A stretch of DNA of 64,000 nucleotides from Pocillopora damicornis (Eukaryota). The position numbers and the translations under genes were made by a program. Below are positions 12,601 through 26,543 of the stretch, piece by piece (within the stretch, counting starts at the first letter, position 1; the number at the start of each line of letters is the position of its first letter). The notes below the pieces were generated by a model. The model was not told where the DNA came from and ran no database searches. It saw only the letters and a program-made list of their open reading frames with translations. The stretch lies in NCBI RefSeq assembly GCF_003704095.1, contig NW_020847344.1, forward strand, positions 1 through 64,000, written 5' to 3'.

Positions 12601-15027
12601 TGATTGGAAACAGTTTTTAAACCAATTAACTGATCTCTATAACCATGATTATAACATTGGCGTAGAGCGAGTCTCCGTAAACTTAATCTTTCTTGGTTTG
12701 TAATGTAATTATGCATATTTTTCGCGTCCTATAGTTACTGACATCGTACCAACCTCAAAGCCATCGGTTAAAAGCACGCGTGTCTCAAAGCCATCGGTAA
12801 AAAGCACCCGTGTCTCAAAGCCATCGGTTAAAAGCATCCGTGTCACAAGTACTCCTGTCGAGCGGAACACTACAACAGGTGCAAAGACGTCATCAGCCTC
12901 GACAGAAATCAATTTGGTTTCGTCAACCGTGCGCACTCAGATTATTATTGTAACGTCACTTAAAGGCCACCAACAGAAGTTCAACATAATTCTCATTGCC
13001 TTGGTGGCTCTGGGTTCTGCGTTGATTGTTGTACTAACCTGCTTGGTCGTAATTTGTATCGTGTGGAAACGAAAAAGGTATGCTGGGTAATCATCAACCT
13101 CGTTCCCAAGGCTTCCCCTCCTTCCGCTCCCTAGAGCGAGAGAAAATCCATATTTATAGGACTCGCTTTTTTTGGTAAACCTTTAACCTTAAAGAGTGAC
13201 TAGCATCTAATTTCTCCTTACACATTCATGTCATGAGAATAAAGGAAATGATCACCTACTAAAGAAACTCTTGATTGTTCATTAGACAAATTCTACTTGT
13301 CAGCACCTTATTAAGTGTATAGAGAACAGTGTGGAGAATATAAATNNNNNNNNNNNNNNNNNNNNNNNNNNNNNNNNNNNNNNNNNNNNNNNNNNNNNNN
13401 NNNNNNNNNNNNNNNNNNNNNNNNNNNNNNNNNNNNNNNNNNNNNTTTTTTTTTACCTTTGAAACATCCAATAAAACCTGTCAAGACTTCCTCGGGTTTT
13501 GGAACTCTTAGAGGGTACTATGACATGATTTTTGAAGTTTGAGGTAAGGAAGCTAACCAATTTTAACTCTTCCTATCAGCAAGTAACCCTGTTTACGAGC
13601 GAGGGGCTTCGGACACGTTAAAAATGGCGAAACTTTCGGTTAGAAGTGGCGAAGAAGTCGAGGAAGGACTAGAATATCAGCCACTGGTGGAGAACACCAA
13701 GCCAGCTGAGCGCTCAGACAGTCTACCGGGATACAGATCGCTGTCTGTTGGTCAGAGACCCGCTAACGGTAACAATCCAGGGATTCGTTCGTCCAATTAC
13801 CTCAGTTTGATACAGGATGAACCTCAAGATGAAAGAGACTATCAAACGCTGGTTGACAACGCCAATCCACAGGTTAGCCAAAGCTTAACTTTAATTGTTA
13901 AATGTAACTTCTCCAAAATAATTGCCATTTATTTCTTTAATCCTAGTTTTGAGAATTCAGTCGTCGGTGCATTTTCGGTTCTGAGAGGTTTTACATTTAG
14001 GTTTGTCGCCCCACACTCGTTAAAACGATAAATTATGGAGACGAACTCAAAGTGTCACTCTTCATGTCAGACATGATACTTAACTTCTTAACTTTATTCT
14101 TTAGAAACTGGAGACCGTTGATGAAGAAAAGATTCCGGACTACCAAGAACTAGAAGAGAGAACTGATAGTGAAGGTGTGTGAACTTGTCTTCCTTTTCAT
14201 TGGGTGAAGGTCCAATTCATGTCAGCAGACGCGGTGGCTTAACGGTTAGCGCGCTGGACTCCGAGTTGAGAGGTCTGAGTTCGAGAGCTTACCGGGTCAT
14301 TGTGTTGTATTCTTGGGCAAAAAAAAAATTATCTTCACAGTGCCTCTCTCCACACAGGAGCATAAATGAGTTCAAGTGAACTGTTAGGGAAAACTGACGA
14401 ATGCCTCACGGGGGGGAGGGGGGTACCACCTTCGATGGACTAACATCCCATCCAGGGGGGTGTAATAACACTCCTAGTCACTTCATGCTGGAAGGACCGG
14501 GATAATCTCCGGCTGGATGGACGACGTGGCTCGAGAGTGGGTAAATACCAATTTATCTGCGATGTTAAGAGACCATTATTCTCTCTTTTACTTGGTTATC
14601 ATTATTTTTATTGTTATTCTATATTTCAGATTCATTTGAAACGTCTCCTCACCATTCTGAGGATTCCTACTCGGATCATGAAGAACCTCCAGCGGACACG
14701 ATTCTGAGGAAAATAAAATATCCTGCAACAACAAAACAACCCGTAAATGGTTTGTCTTCAGACTTTCATGATTATGATGAACCAGAGGGTATTATTGTTC
14801 TATCAGATAATGAGGATAATCATGAACAGGCAATAAAAGACAATACTGACTTCCACGATTATGCCGACCTGGATGATAATCCCGAGCAGGCAATAACAGA
14901 CGATGTTAACTATCACGATTACGCTGACCTGGACGATGACGATGATGAGGTGGATAACAAGAACCGTCACGTGGTACCCGATGAAGATTCTTCGTGCTAT
15001 CATGACTATGCCGATCCTGACGAGTAA
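9688..15027 (+). CDS. Type-I single-pass receptor (paralog 1): signal peptide, Cys-rich ectodomain, Ser/Thr stalk, TM helix, tyrosine-motif-rich acidic tail
   Basis: Exons 9688-10003, 11625-11932, 12429-12546, 12735-13077, ~13580/13584-13872, 14105-14174, 14630-15027. Signal peptide RLLVFALILVVES; NITRYTEGDLFQN...CCYCNCEREKPTY; TM IILIALVALGSALIVVLTCLVVICIVW followed by KRK; tail motifs NPVY, YQPL, YRSL, YLSL, YQTL, YQEL, YDEP, YADL x2. The gap at 13346-13445 may hide an exon. Confidence 0.8.
12754..12845 (+). repeat. Coding 30-bp tandem repeat x3 (SKPSVKSTRV)
   Basis: tcaaagccatcggt(t/a)aaaagca..cgtgtc occurs three times in the stalk exon. Confidence 0.9.
14228..14535 (+). mobile_element. 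tRNA-derived SINE-like repeat
   Basis: 5' tRNA-like head with A-box-like (TGGCttaacGG) and B-box-like (GTTCGAGA) sequences, followed by a body shared with degenerate copies at ~5670-5870 and ~22210-22440. Confidence 0.65.
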
Positions 15028-16919
15028 CGAAAGTCACGTACTTTTTAAAATGTCTAGAGAGAGGTTAGGCATTTTAAAACATCGTGGTATCCGAGAGTGC
15101 GACTGACAGTAGTTAACAACAGGATTCATCTTAGTGAAGTTTGGAAATTGTCATCAACTTCGCCAGCATTGTTCGTGAAAAAAATTACAGCAGAACTCTG
15201 TCTGTTGGCTATCAAGATGTTGTGTCATTTGCCATTGTCATTTTTTTTTAAATAACCCAGTCTACAGTCGTCGTAAAAGTAAATCGAGGATTGAGAAAAA
15301 CTACAAACTTGCTCGAAGTTAACTACAGTTCAATTTTTATCGTGTATGTTTAGTAGCAGAAATTGCCGGCAAGAACACATCTGCTGCATTCTTGTGGTTT
15401 CAGATTGGCCAGCGACAATCTGAAGATCTTCGGTACTAGTGATTCTCCCAACAGCTCCAACGTCCTTGTTTACAAAAAGAATAGCCCTTGTCAATGACGT
15501 TAACTCTTCAATAGAGGACATGTGAGGGATGCGGTTTTAAGGGCGATTGAGGATATGAGAAAAGACTTAATGACAAATTCTTCTGAATTAGACACAAAGG
15601 GATACGACTTATCCTACCCCCCTCTAACTTATACCGAAATTTATTTTGTTGTCTATACTAAGACTAACGAGATGTATTTAATGGAAAATGGAAAATTATT
15701 GCCATGGCAAAACTTTCTGTCATCTTTTCTTTCGAGATGGAAGAGATTTACTTTGCTTTCTTAAGACAGACATCGTTTTAGATGTTTGAAGGAAGACTGC
15801 TTAAGGGATATCGAATCTATATTCGTATATACAATAACTTTGATAACCCTTGTGAGGTAAATAATGAAGATTCAAATTAAACGAAGAATTCTATTCTGGC
15901 AAATATTTTTTAGCGAAGACTGATCTTTTTACTCTCCTTAATAGTTGTAACATTCGCGCAAAGTGAAGGCTAACCTGAAGAGTCATTAATAAGAGACATG
16001 ACACATGTGCCATCTCTTAAACTTTCAGAAGCTTAAAAATGTATTGAAAGCAAAGTTCTCTCAATAAGGTTAATGTAATGAGATATAACATAACAAGCAC
16101 AAAATGTTTTCCAAAGTCCGTTGATCAATTTTGACGTCAACCTCTCAGATTAATATCAAATCCTTTGGTAATGTTGATCACGAGGTCGTAAAAATTATTA
16201 CAAGGGACATGCTATACTCAAACAACATTTATAATACAGGTTCGATTATGAAAACACTTTGGGGGAAGTTAGAATGACACAAGAACTTACGCAATTTGTT
16301 GTGGATAAATCGCGAAACTCTTTAAGCTCTATGTTTCTGGCGGCGCAATCTAATGTCAATTGTCCATAATTAGCAGGATACAATAAAAAGAGGCTACTTG
16401 AAGTTTTGCTTATTGGAAAGCAATGTTGGTTCCTGAAAAGCGAGGTCAAATATGCGAACACTACTCAATATGGAACAAAAATAATTTTTTTTTCAGTAGA
16501 GCACTATCACATTGAATATTCTTGGCAAAATCAGAAACTTCTAATCTGGAATTTTTTTTCTTCTTTTATTCATTTTACTCTTCTTCGTTCCTTAATGTTT
16601 TGTTTTAAGCTGGGAAATGGGATGGTCCGAAACGAAACAAAATGAATAAAAAAAAAACGTCATATTGAATTTTTTCAATCATCCAGGTGATATTACAACA
16701 TCATTGTTATTCGTCGCGTCAAACTTGGTCTGTGCTTATTACAGTCTACAACAATCTCACGGAAAATATAACTTATGCGCACTTACTTTCTCATATCGCA
16801 CCTTGTGGGCACCTCGACAGAGCCTGTTTCGTGGAAGAGCTGAACGAACGGAAAAAAAATCTGAAAACCTCGGTGCTTAAGTGTGGAAGTAATCGACAAA
16901 TCTAACAACAAGTTAGGTC

Positions 16920-19900
16920 ATGGCTTTTTCCAAGACAAAAGTGAGCTCTTTCTTTGTTGTATTTTTGATCCAAGCTTTAGTCGTTTCAAGTGAAAATGCA
17001 ACTACACCGACTATGAGCGCTGAAGGTGAGTAAAACGTTTTGTAAAGCCAATGAGCGGCACAGTTTCGACCTGGTCAAATCAGTAAAAAGTGTTGTCAGT
17101 TTTAACATGTTTGCGGTATTTGTTATTCACGCTGTTTTATGTTCGTCTCGCTAAACCCTGCATAGATGATCTTCATTTGTATAATTGCAAGGTCCAAATC
17201 AGGGCAAAAAGCGCAACCATAACAACTGTAACACTATAAATGCGCTAGCACCTTATGTATATAATGACAACTTTAATTAACTTAATAAAATCTTTAACGT
17301 TTTACATCATGAGGCAGAAGTCGGATTGTTTTGAGAAATTAATGTAACCCACCATGCATTTGGCTTCCATAAAACTATTTTGTCATTTGGAATATTGACC
17401 AAAGGACTTACAAAGAACTTTATCCCGAGCTATTGAAGTATTGACTCGAGGATCAATACTCCGCTCTTTTCCAATATTCATAATTTCAAATCAAGCGTGA
17501 CGTTGGTTATTGTAATATATTTAAACGCCGGAAAGTGAGTCATTAACTAAAGCTAAAACGATCAAAGGTTCGAATAACGTCGTCTGTCACTGAATACCTA
17601 TCAGAATGTAGATACGGAAAAAAATGCAATGAACAATGCGTATTAAGCAAAAAACAAAAACAAAAACCGAAATCCGACCCAACTCTTCTTTGAGAGAATC
17701 CAGAAAGATTGCAAGCAATATTTATGTTGAGTACGGTCTTAGTAATTGTATTCAAACCTGCTAGTCAACAGAGAGACTATAAAAAGACAAAAACAATTAA
17801 GCGAAAACAGATCAATTCAAATTCTGACCGTTAAAATCAGTGGAAAATTTCTTTTTGTACGCAAGGCCTATTGTCAAATAAACTTAAGTAAAATGAGCAA
17901 ATTACTGATTTTACGTATGTACAATTTTTCAGAGAAAGTCTTCTATTAATCAATAAATGTTCCACATAATGAAAAATTCGTTTTGAGTACTCTGTCATAT
18001 GAAAAGCAAACCCAGAATTAGTTGTAAAATCTTTGTGACATGTCTGTTCAAAGTCTACTTTTTCCTTGATTGTCACAATATGAATACATCAGACAAGTGG
18101 CGTTAATAGAGTGACGAAATCTAATAGACAATAGATGGTCTCTTGATATCGAATTGTCAAAAATATTCCAAATAATGATTGCATCCAATTTTCGCAAATT
18201 GGTGTGAAGATTCTCTCTTTGAAAATCGATTTGGAAGTTTTCCTCTTTCGCTTATTTCTCCTTTGAGACACAGGCACTGCAGAAATTTTCCTTGGGGGAA
18301 TAGCTGTCGTGTGATAAATTATCATTGACCAATAGCCGGCCATTTGAAGGAAGCCAATCATTATCCGATGATTCTCATGCCCACGAGTAAGATCCTATAT
18401 CAATATTCTAGCATGACTCAACATTATCAACATGCAATTTTCTAAATTAGTTGAATTCTCCATGGTTTTATAACTTGAGTACCTCATTTCTAGGGTCTAA
18501 CGAAGCAACAAAAAAATATGACAAATGACTCCAGTTAAACATACAATATTTATGTCTCTCCTGAAGAGAGACGGCGCCCGTTTTCGTCAATGTAATATAT
18601 CAGACAGTTTATAAATCAATAATACTACGAATCTGTTTATATTTATTCTAAGAGTCCAAGAGTAAAATCCTGCTATAAAAAGTGCAGTGGGAAAATTAAT
18701 TCTAGCATTCACAGTAACGTACATCTGTGAGAAACTTCCCAAGATGCCGTTTGCTTTATTTGAAGTTTAACCAGAGTAAACAATAAGAATTAAGTACTTG
18801 GCCAGATTTATCAACAACAGCAATACGACTGGCCAAAGTACAGAAAGCGGGTGAGACTCATTCTGAGAATTTCAAAGTGGGACATCTCTCGAACACGTGA
18901 AAGTTGATTGGTAACTTCAGCGATGCCAGAAGGACTTTGTAAGGTGGTTTGGAGCAGGAGGACTGCCGCAATTTACATTTTAGCTTCTTGTCACCTTTTA
19001 AGCGTTGAACTGGCGACGACTCAACCTTCCCTAAGCACGAAGCCATCAGCTTCACATGCAAAGCTTGTGAGAAGCAAAGACACTCAAGCTGATAGAATGA
19101 AGGCTGGTGAAATCGTAGAGGAAACCCATGGTATTTACGAAATATTGAAATCCACTCCAGTTACCCAAGCTTCAACAACAACAACAGCAATGACTTTGTC
19201 CACAGTTCCAGCAAAAGTCGATACCACACCTCTACCTGCATCTACAGGAGGCTCTGGAACAACGTCTGTCGAGCCAAGTAACAAAGACCTAACGGTAACA
19301 ATACCTATCGTGACGTCATATTTCGTTAGCACGTCATCGGTGGTAAAACTGCAGATTACTTCAAAGTCTACAGTTGTTGATTACGTAACCCCGAAAAGAG
19401 AAAAAGGAGTGACATCTCAAAACGAATGGAAAGCATCATCTTCACCCAAGCGAGTTATGAGTTCATCCGAGGGTTTGGGAATAAAGGCATCAAAAGCTGG
19501 TGAACACAAAGGTTCTTCTACGGCTAGCTCAGGTCTGTCAAAACAAATCAGTTGGCTTACTCCGGTCAAGAAGGAAATACCAGTTTCTCCGGTGTTTGAA
19601 ATCATGGTTTCCCCAAGCCTGAAGAAACAAGTTAGCTCCCCTCCATCACCCTCAACTCAAAGCATGCAGCAAAGGGCATCTCTGTCAACTTTGAGAAACG
19701 AACCTTCCTCATTTTCTAGTAAACAAGCTTCGTCTTACAGTAAATCTTCGCTGGTAAAAATATCTCGAAGCGATTCAATTCCTTCTGCATCCTCAGTCGT
19801 GAGGCTTTCACGTAATATGGAAATCAATACCACTTTTGTTGTTCTAGAAAAATTAAACTCCTCTTTACCATTTTCGTCTTCAATAAAAATACCGATGTCC

Positions 19901-22900
19901 TCACAAGTCAAAGACGAATTTACCCCATCGAAAGTACTAGATTTAAAGACATCTTCTAACCTCAAGGAACGAGCTCCTTCAACTTCAAAGATATTAATGT
20001 CTTCATCAAGACTAACTTTGTTCTCTCCAGCAAATATAAGCACGTCTTCACCTTTAGTTACAGAAATAACGACCTTAGTTTCCACTGTGGCAATTTCTCA
20101 AAACGTAAGCATTAATAAATCCCTAAACCAGAGCCAGGAGTCAATGTATTCTCAAACAAAGGAAGGTACGAAATCATATCAAGCAGTGGAAACTGTTACG
20201 TCTTCACACCTAAAAAAATTCACTACTGCTAACATGATAGGAACTACCACGTATGTAACAGTAGAACCATCGCCATTGAAACTGTCACCTCAAGCGTCAA
20301 GGCAAAATACATCATCTTCATTGCTACAGTTACAAGACGACTTGATGACATCATTGAAACCTAAGAGTACTATCATGTCCTCCCAAGTCATCTCTTCTCC
20401 ATGGAGGGAGACTACGCTGTCTTCCAATATGGATAGTAAGCAACCTCTATCTTTACCACAGTTCCCTTCCACTGCAAATCGATTTAAGTCATTTTTAATG
20501 GTTAATGTGATGATACTTTTAAATTTACGAAAAAATTCACATCAACTCTTGTTCCTTAACTTTTAATTAAGGGTGTATGAAGACTAGTCACTCTTAAAAA
20601 AAAATTATTACAAGTGGAAAATCTTTTTTAATCTTACTTCCCTTTCTGGTTGCAGATTTGGTTACTTCCTCTCTCCCTATGACCGCCAGAGTTCTATTAT
20701 CATCCACACCTGAAGGGGAGGCGGCAAAGGCGAGTTCGCAGTCCTCAACTGAGAATAGTCCGACGTCGGAAGCGAATGTCCCTGTCACAAAACCAGTCAA
20801 ACAAACAACATCGCTTCCAGAACCGCAAACAACACAAATGAAGACTAAACCAGTAACAGAACACCCAACCATTCACCACAATGAATCCACCCACCACAGC
20901 AAGCCCACTCACCATGGAGAGTCAAATGACACGCATAAAAATGATAGTGATCACACCGGCCCGCATGGCAAAATGGGTCATCCTCACGAGCCTTCTGATG
21001 CAGACGCTTTGACTGAAGGGAATAAAGTTAATGAGGGCTGGCAGATTTCTATTTACATTGTGGTTTCTCTTATAAGTGGGATTATTGCATTTGTAATAGT
21101 TATGGTGGTCAAAAGCAATCGCCAGATGAGGTTGGTTTGCGATGTTTAATATTTAATATTAATGTAATAATTAATTCATATCCAATGACCCTTATCTAAC
21201 AGTAAATTTTCATAGATATGAGTAGAAACTCGATTCTAACACGTGCGAAAGAAATCTATAACCTAATAGAGTACAATTACTAACAAACTGGTTTAAAATC
21301 CTGGTTGATTATGGAAACTACGAGACCTGCCAGCTTTTCACAAAGCATAGCAGGGAAGCGAAGCTTTACTCAGGACTATCAAGTAAATGAGAGGCAAATG
21401 AAAGGATTTTAACGTAAGACCCGCATTTTTTAAATTTAGAGCACTAAAAACTCTGACCTCACCACCCTCCCCTCCCACTGTCTTTAAAGTGGCCCTACAA
21501 GGTGCTTGGAGTGAAGTATGCTTGAGTCAAAAGATGAATGAAGTTCATTTGAAGCTTTAGTGAGTTTTGGAGAGCAACAAGGAAGACTTGCCAAACTTTT
21601 CGATAAGTCAAATTTTTCCATTTAATTTTGGTACTTAAAAGTTATGTTCCAGTGCATGCGGTTTCAGATCATCTCATCTATGCTTAATTGTAACGTGATG
21701 TTAATTATCTGGAAATCTAGGAGCCATGCCATGAGCGGCTAAGAACTTACAGGGTGCTCCCACTTCCCCTACCCTCTCCCCCTTATCCCTTCCCCTACCC
21801 CTCCCCCTTATCCCTTCCCCTACCCCTACCCCTCCCCCTTATCCCTTCCCTTATCCCTTCCCCTACCCCCTCCCCCTAATCCCTCTCCCTCACCCTCATC
21901 CTTGCAATCCCACAACATCCGTGGTATGAGTGGAAATATGTTATCTTAGAATCATTGATTTTGTTTGATACTTAAACAATTGAATGCATTATTAAACCTA
22001 AACTGTGCAATTTGTCCTTTTTTCTCTTTGCAGACACGTCAGATTACGAGAGAGTCAGCGTAAACGCAAACGCGAGTGTAAGTTAATGTCCTGCACAGCT
22101 TTACATGTTAAAAGGAAAATATAATAACATTACGTATTTCAGTGAAAAGACTGAAAGTTTTGAACTACTTTATACGTTCACCAGAAATTAATCTTGAGGA
22201 TTAACTTCGCCTCTGGAGGTCTGAGTTCGATTCCTGGCCGGGAGTCATTCTTGACCCTGGGCAAGACCCTTGCTTCTCAAAGAGCCTCTCTTCACTTTAA
22301 AGTCCACATACATACCAGTAATTTGAGGGCGGAAACCTGACTGAAAAGTATTCAGTTCCCATTCCATCTCACTTTATGAAAAGGAAACTGAACAACTATA
22401 CTGCCGTATCCCGAACTGGGATAAGCTCAGGACATCGGAGCTTGCCAATATGCTTCTTTAAGCACTTTTATCGGCAACAACCAATGGTGAATCTAAAACT
22501 TTTCGTAGCAAGGCCGAAGTGTCATTACACCCTTTGCCTTAACCCTTATTTTTGTTCAAATATATTTTAGGTCATATTACATTTTCTGATTTCTTTCAGT
22601 GGCAAGAGAAAAAGCCGCCGCACTGAGAGCGATCAAAACAGAAGAACCAAAGCCTCATACAGAAAAGAAGAAGGATGATAACAGGTTGAGTTTCCTCAAA
22701 CATGACCCTGAAGAGTCCATCCCGCTCCTTGAACTCCATATTACAGACGGTGAGGCTCCTGTGCTTAGTGGTCACCTGGAGAAACAGAGACCACAGGACA
22801 TCAGATTTACTGAACCATCCACCTTTGATACAGATACAAAACCACCGATGGAGGAGAATGCAAACATACCGCCTGAAACCCCCACCATTCAAATTGCCTG

Positions 22901-22901
22901 A
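16920..22901 (+). CDS. Transmembrane mucin-like glycoprotein, 5 exons, ~792 aa
   Basis: Exons 16920-17025 (signal peptide MAFSKTKVSSFFVVFLIQALVVSS), 18984-20435 (Ser/Thr/Pro-rich), 20656-21130 (His-rich segment and TM ISIYIVVSLISGIIAFVIVMVV), 22034-22077 (basic RKRKR), 22600-22901. Intron phases 1,1,2,1 are consistent. Confidence 0.8.
21765..21900. repeat. C-rich minisatellite, unit ~cccctaccctcccccttatccctt, in mucin intron 3
   Basis: About 4-5 directly visible imperfect repeats; G-runs on the minus strand. Confidence 0.85.
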
Positions 22902-25558
22902 GGGGGAAGGACAAGAAATTGTTGGATTTCTGGGTGTCATAGAAATCTCACATATAGTTAACAATTTTTTTAATAAGCAGCCCTATCATTTAAAAGTAAT
23001 AAGCTATTAAAACTAGACGCCATTTTTTTGTAGAACTTTAATTTCTTTTCGATACTCGTTATGAAAACTTTGACTACCAGATGATTGACTGTTTCGTATT
23101 TGTTACAAGGTCTGATAACAGTTTGAACTGTATCGGTGAATTACTTTCACCCATTGTTTATAAATTGTGAATTTTTAACGTCAATGTTTTAGCCTCATTT
23201 GGGTGTATGTTTTAACGATGTTTTGATAGTAAGCTTAAATTAATATACCATCAAAATTTAAATCAGAATTTAACATTTCATAGCTTTTTCAATTAATGGG
23301 CGAAAAGTATTCACACTGTGATGCAAAAGAGACTTGAGCATGTGGAATCCAATGAGGTTTGATTGAAGTCGAATTGATCGAAAAGTGAAGTGGAGATTTA
23401 CTCTCTGGACTCAAAGACTGTTCCATTTGTTTCAAAGCAAAAGCTAAACAAGAACAAAGAAAAACGACGGAGACCATTTTTATGAAAATGATTTTTTCAG
23501 AAAGCCACTGACGAAGCAGGGTAGCCTCTGGATTATCAAGGTTGTTAGAACATGAACGCGGTGCTTCCAGATGATCACAGTAATCGCCCTGAGTTCTATA
23601 CGAATTGCCGAGACCGTAACGATCGTTCGCGTCCTTAACAATCGTCTGATGGTCTCAGGAACTCGTCCCAATCTTCTTTTTTTTCCTAAGTTTTGCTTTG
23701 GAAAAGATAAGCATCTTTTTCTTTCGTCCTGCACACCGTGACTGTAAAGGTTAGAGCCAAAGCTTTAAAACAATAACTATTATTGCTAAGAATTACACAT
23801 TTAAATGACGGACTTGTGCTATTAATACCTCCTTTGAGCAGCTCAAAAAATTAAACCTAAAAATGTTTCTTCAATATTTATCAGCGGCAAATGCATATGT
23901 ACTTTAGGACACTGTTTTCAATTTGTACAAATTTTTTGTGATTTCAAGAGAATTCGGCTAAGCAACCTTTAGTCTTGTATTAATTACTAATTTAATTATA
24001 AATCAAACTGTTGAAATTTGAATTGAACGTTAGTAGTAAGGATGGTAGTTGGAAACGATTGTAATTTTTTGTCAACAAAATATATTCCTCGTGTTTATGC
24101 AAATAGTAATTTGGTTCCTCAGAAATAAATGAAGAGCTTCAATCTCGAAAATTTATCAACTCAGTGAATTAATAAATATAGTTCAGAGGGGCGTGGGGAG
24201 GGCATGGGTGTCTATGACTCCCCCTCCCCCCCCCCCCTTCCCTCGTGCTAGATCAAGTACGAATGCCAAGTTACCTTGAAATTTAGGGTTAAGGCAGTTT
24301 TTTCCCCAACTGGTCGCTGCTTTGACCAGCGCCAGAATAGAAAAATTAAAACTAGTCTCCTTCGCAGAAGTTTCCTTGGTCTCGTAACGCGTTACGCTAC
24401 TTTCCCCTTTATGGCTTTCAAATCGCCGATCAGGTAGGATTAAAAGGTCAGATTACCATTGTAATCAAGTCTACTAATGCTCTTTTGACAACTTTCCTTT
24501 TCTTTACTGTTAATAAACTCTCGGTTCTGGCAAGATTTTCACAAATTCGTTGTGAGTTCGAATTCTTTTTCACTGTGAAAATAATTCGGCCTTATCGGCA
24601 ATTCAGCAATCAAAACGACTTAATACGATTTGGGCGATTTGTGATTCCATGGCTGCTTTGGATGAGGCAAATACCTCATTTTCCTCATTTTTTTCTATGA
24701 GGATTTTTAAATCACTCATACAATAATTAAATCCCCTTTCCAAGAATGGTTGTAGGAAAAGCTTTACTGTGATGAAGAGGTTCCACTTGACTAAAAGTAA
24801 CTTGAAAGCCTCCGATGAAACCCGCCTTGATGAATCTCTCAGTTCCTGTACCGCCCCTATTTTCTAAACAAACGTTTATAAAGGGTAAGAGTTTATTCTA
24901 AAAATACATATTTGATCATAACTTACTCTTCAATCAACCTCGACGGTCTTTTTGCTACGCAAAGCTAATTAGTAACCGTAAGAGGATTGGGATCCAACTA
25001 GAGTTACAGGAGAAACAGACGCAAGTGCCGTCAGACAGGAAATGGCTGTCGCGGTCTTCACCCTTAAACAGTGGAAAAAAGAGATGTATATTCTCTCCAT
25101 TTAGTCTCATAGAAAAAGAGATTTTTGGACCTACACCCTAAACAGTTTATCCCTAAGGTATCCCCACCCCCCTCCCCCTCCCCCTTCCCCACCAGAGTAG
25201 CGTCCTTCTCAAAATTGCAGCTCTAGTCTCTGAGAATGGCAAACCTCTAAGGAACCTAAGGAGATGCGAAATGTGAACGTCGAAAAAATTAGGGATCATA
25301 TCAGAAAATAGGAAACTGGCTCATCTCCTCCAAAACTTCTTTTACTCATTAATTAAATTGCTTTGTACGTCAATTTTTAATTCGAGAGCAAGTTAGCATT
25401 TTTATACCCATGTTAGGAAATCATCCCGAGCATGACAAGGCAAGAACTCTGTGAGGGCGTTTCACGTTAAGTTTAAAGGTCATGTCACGGCTGTTTTTGT
25501 TATAAAATTAAGCTTTCATATGATTGCTCTCATAACTTGAAGTCATTTGCGAGTAAAG

Positions 25559-26495
25559 ATGCAAAAATTTGGAAAGAGCATCGTCAAGACGAGCACGGCA
25601 CTGTTAGCTTTGATAATCTTGGTTTTATCGGAAAACATGGACTGCTTGATTGTTAATGTGACAAGGCTGGAGGAGAATGACAAATTCACAAATCCAAATC
25701 GTACAGCTGTGTCAAACTGTATTGCGGGTGGCCAATCTTCTTATTTCGACTCCTGTAGGAATTTTCGTTCGGTCGACACGAGAGGAAATTGTTCCGATTC
25801 AAAACCTTGCTGTCAGTGGTGTCAATGTAAAAGTGATCACCCAATTTATTTGTTTCACTCGGGAAAATGTGTGAATCTGCAGGAGCTGAACACGGATATT
25901 TTTGGTCCAAGGTCAATCGGTAGGTCATATTTTCAGTGTTAAAAAAGCACATTATAACCTTTATCAGTTTTTTCCTGTCGAGCTCTGGCTACTGTAAATA
26001 TATTCAGGCTTCAGAATAGTTATTTTTTATTCCTTTCAGTTGATTAAAATGAAAGAGAGATAAGATAAGACGCGTTCATGCCGCTTTTAGTCGATGATAG
26101 ATGATCTATAACATTGTTTATTTCTACGATCGAGTGACAGTGAATATGAGATACCGTGGGATGAGAGATTAAAACACAGCTACAGCTGATGATATTAGGG
26201 GGATCACATGGTTTTCATGGGGAATAAAGGGGGACTGCGTCTACCCAACAGTTTGCATAGGAGGGACATTTGACTACCAATCAACCGCTAATGATAAGGG
26301 GGGGGGGGGGGGGGGGGGGTCATAACATTATTACAGATCCTTATTAGGGGATCAAGCAGATTTTCCCCCTCCCCTTCCACGCATTTCATAATGATCAGTC
26401 CTTTCCCAGATATTGAAAGTTCAAAAAAGAGAAAAACCTGATCTTGGTTGTATATTGTTAGGATGTGGTGCGCGCCTCGAAGTGAAAGCTGGTGG

Positions 26496-26543
<48 letters not shown>

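Noticed and set aside
14228-14300. Possible tRNA gene
   Set aside because: No complete cloverleaf, and it continues into a repeated SINE body.
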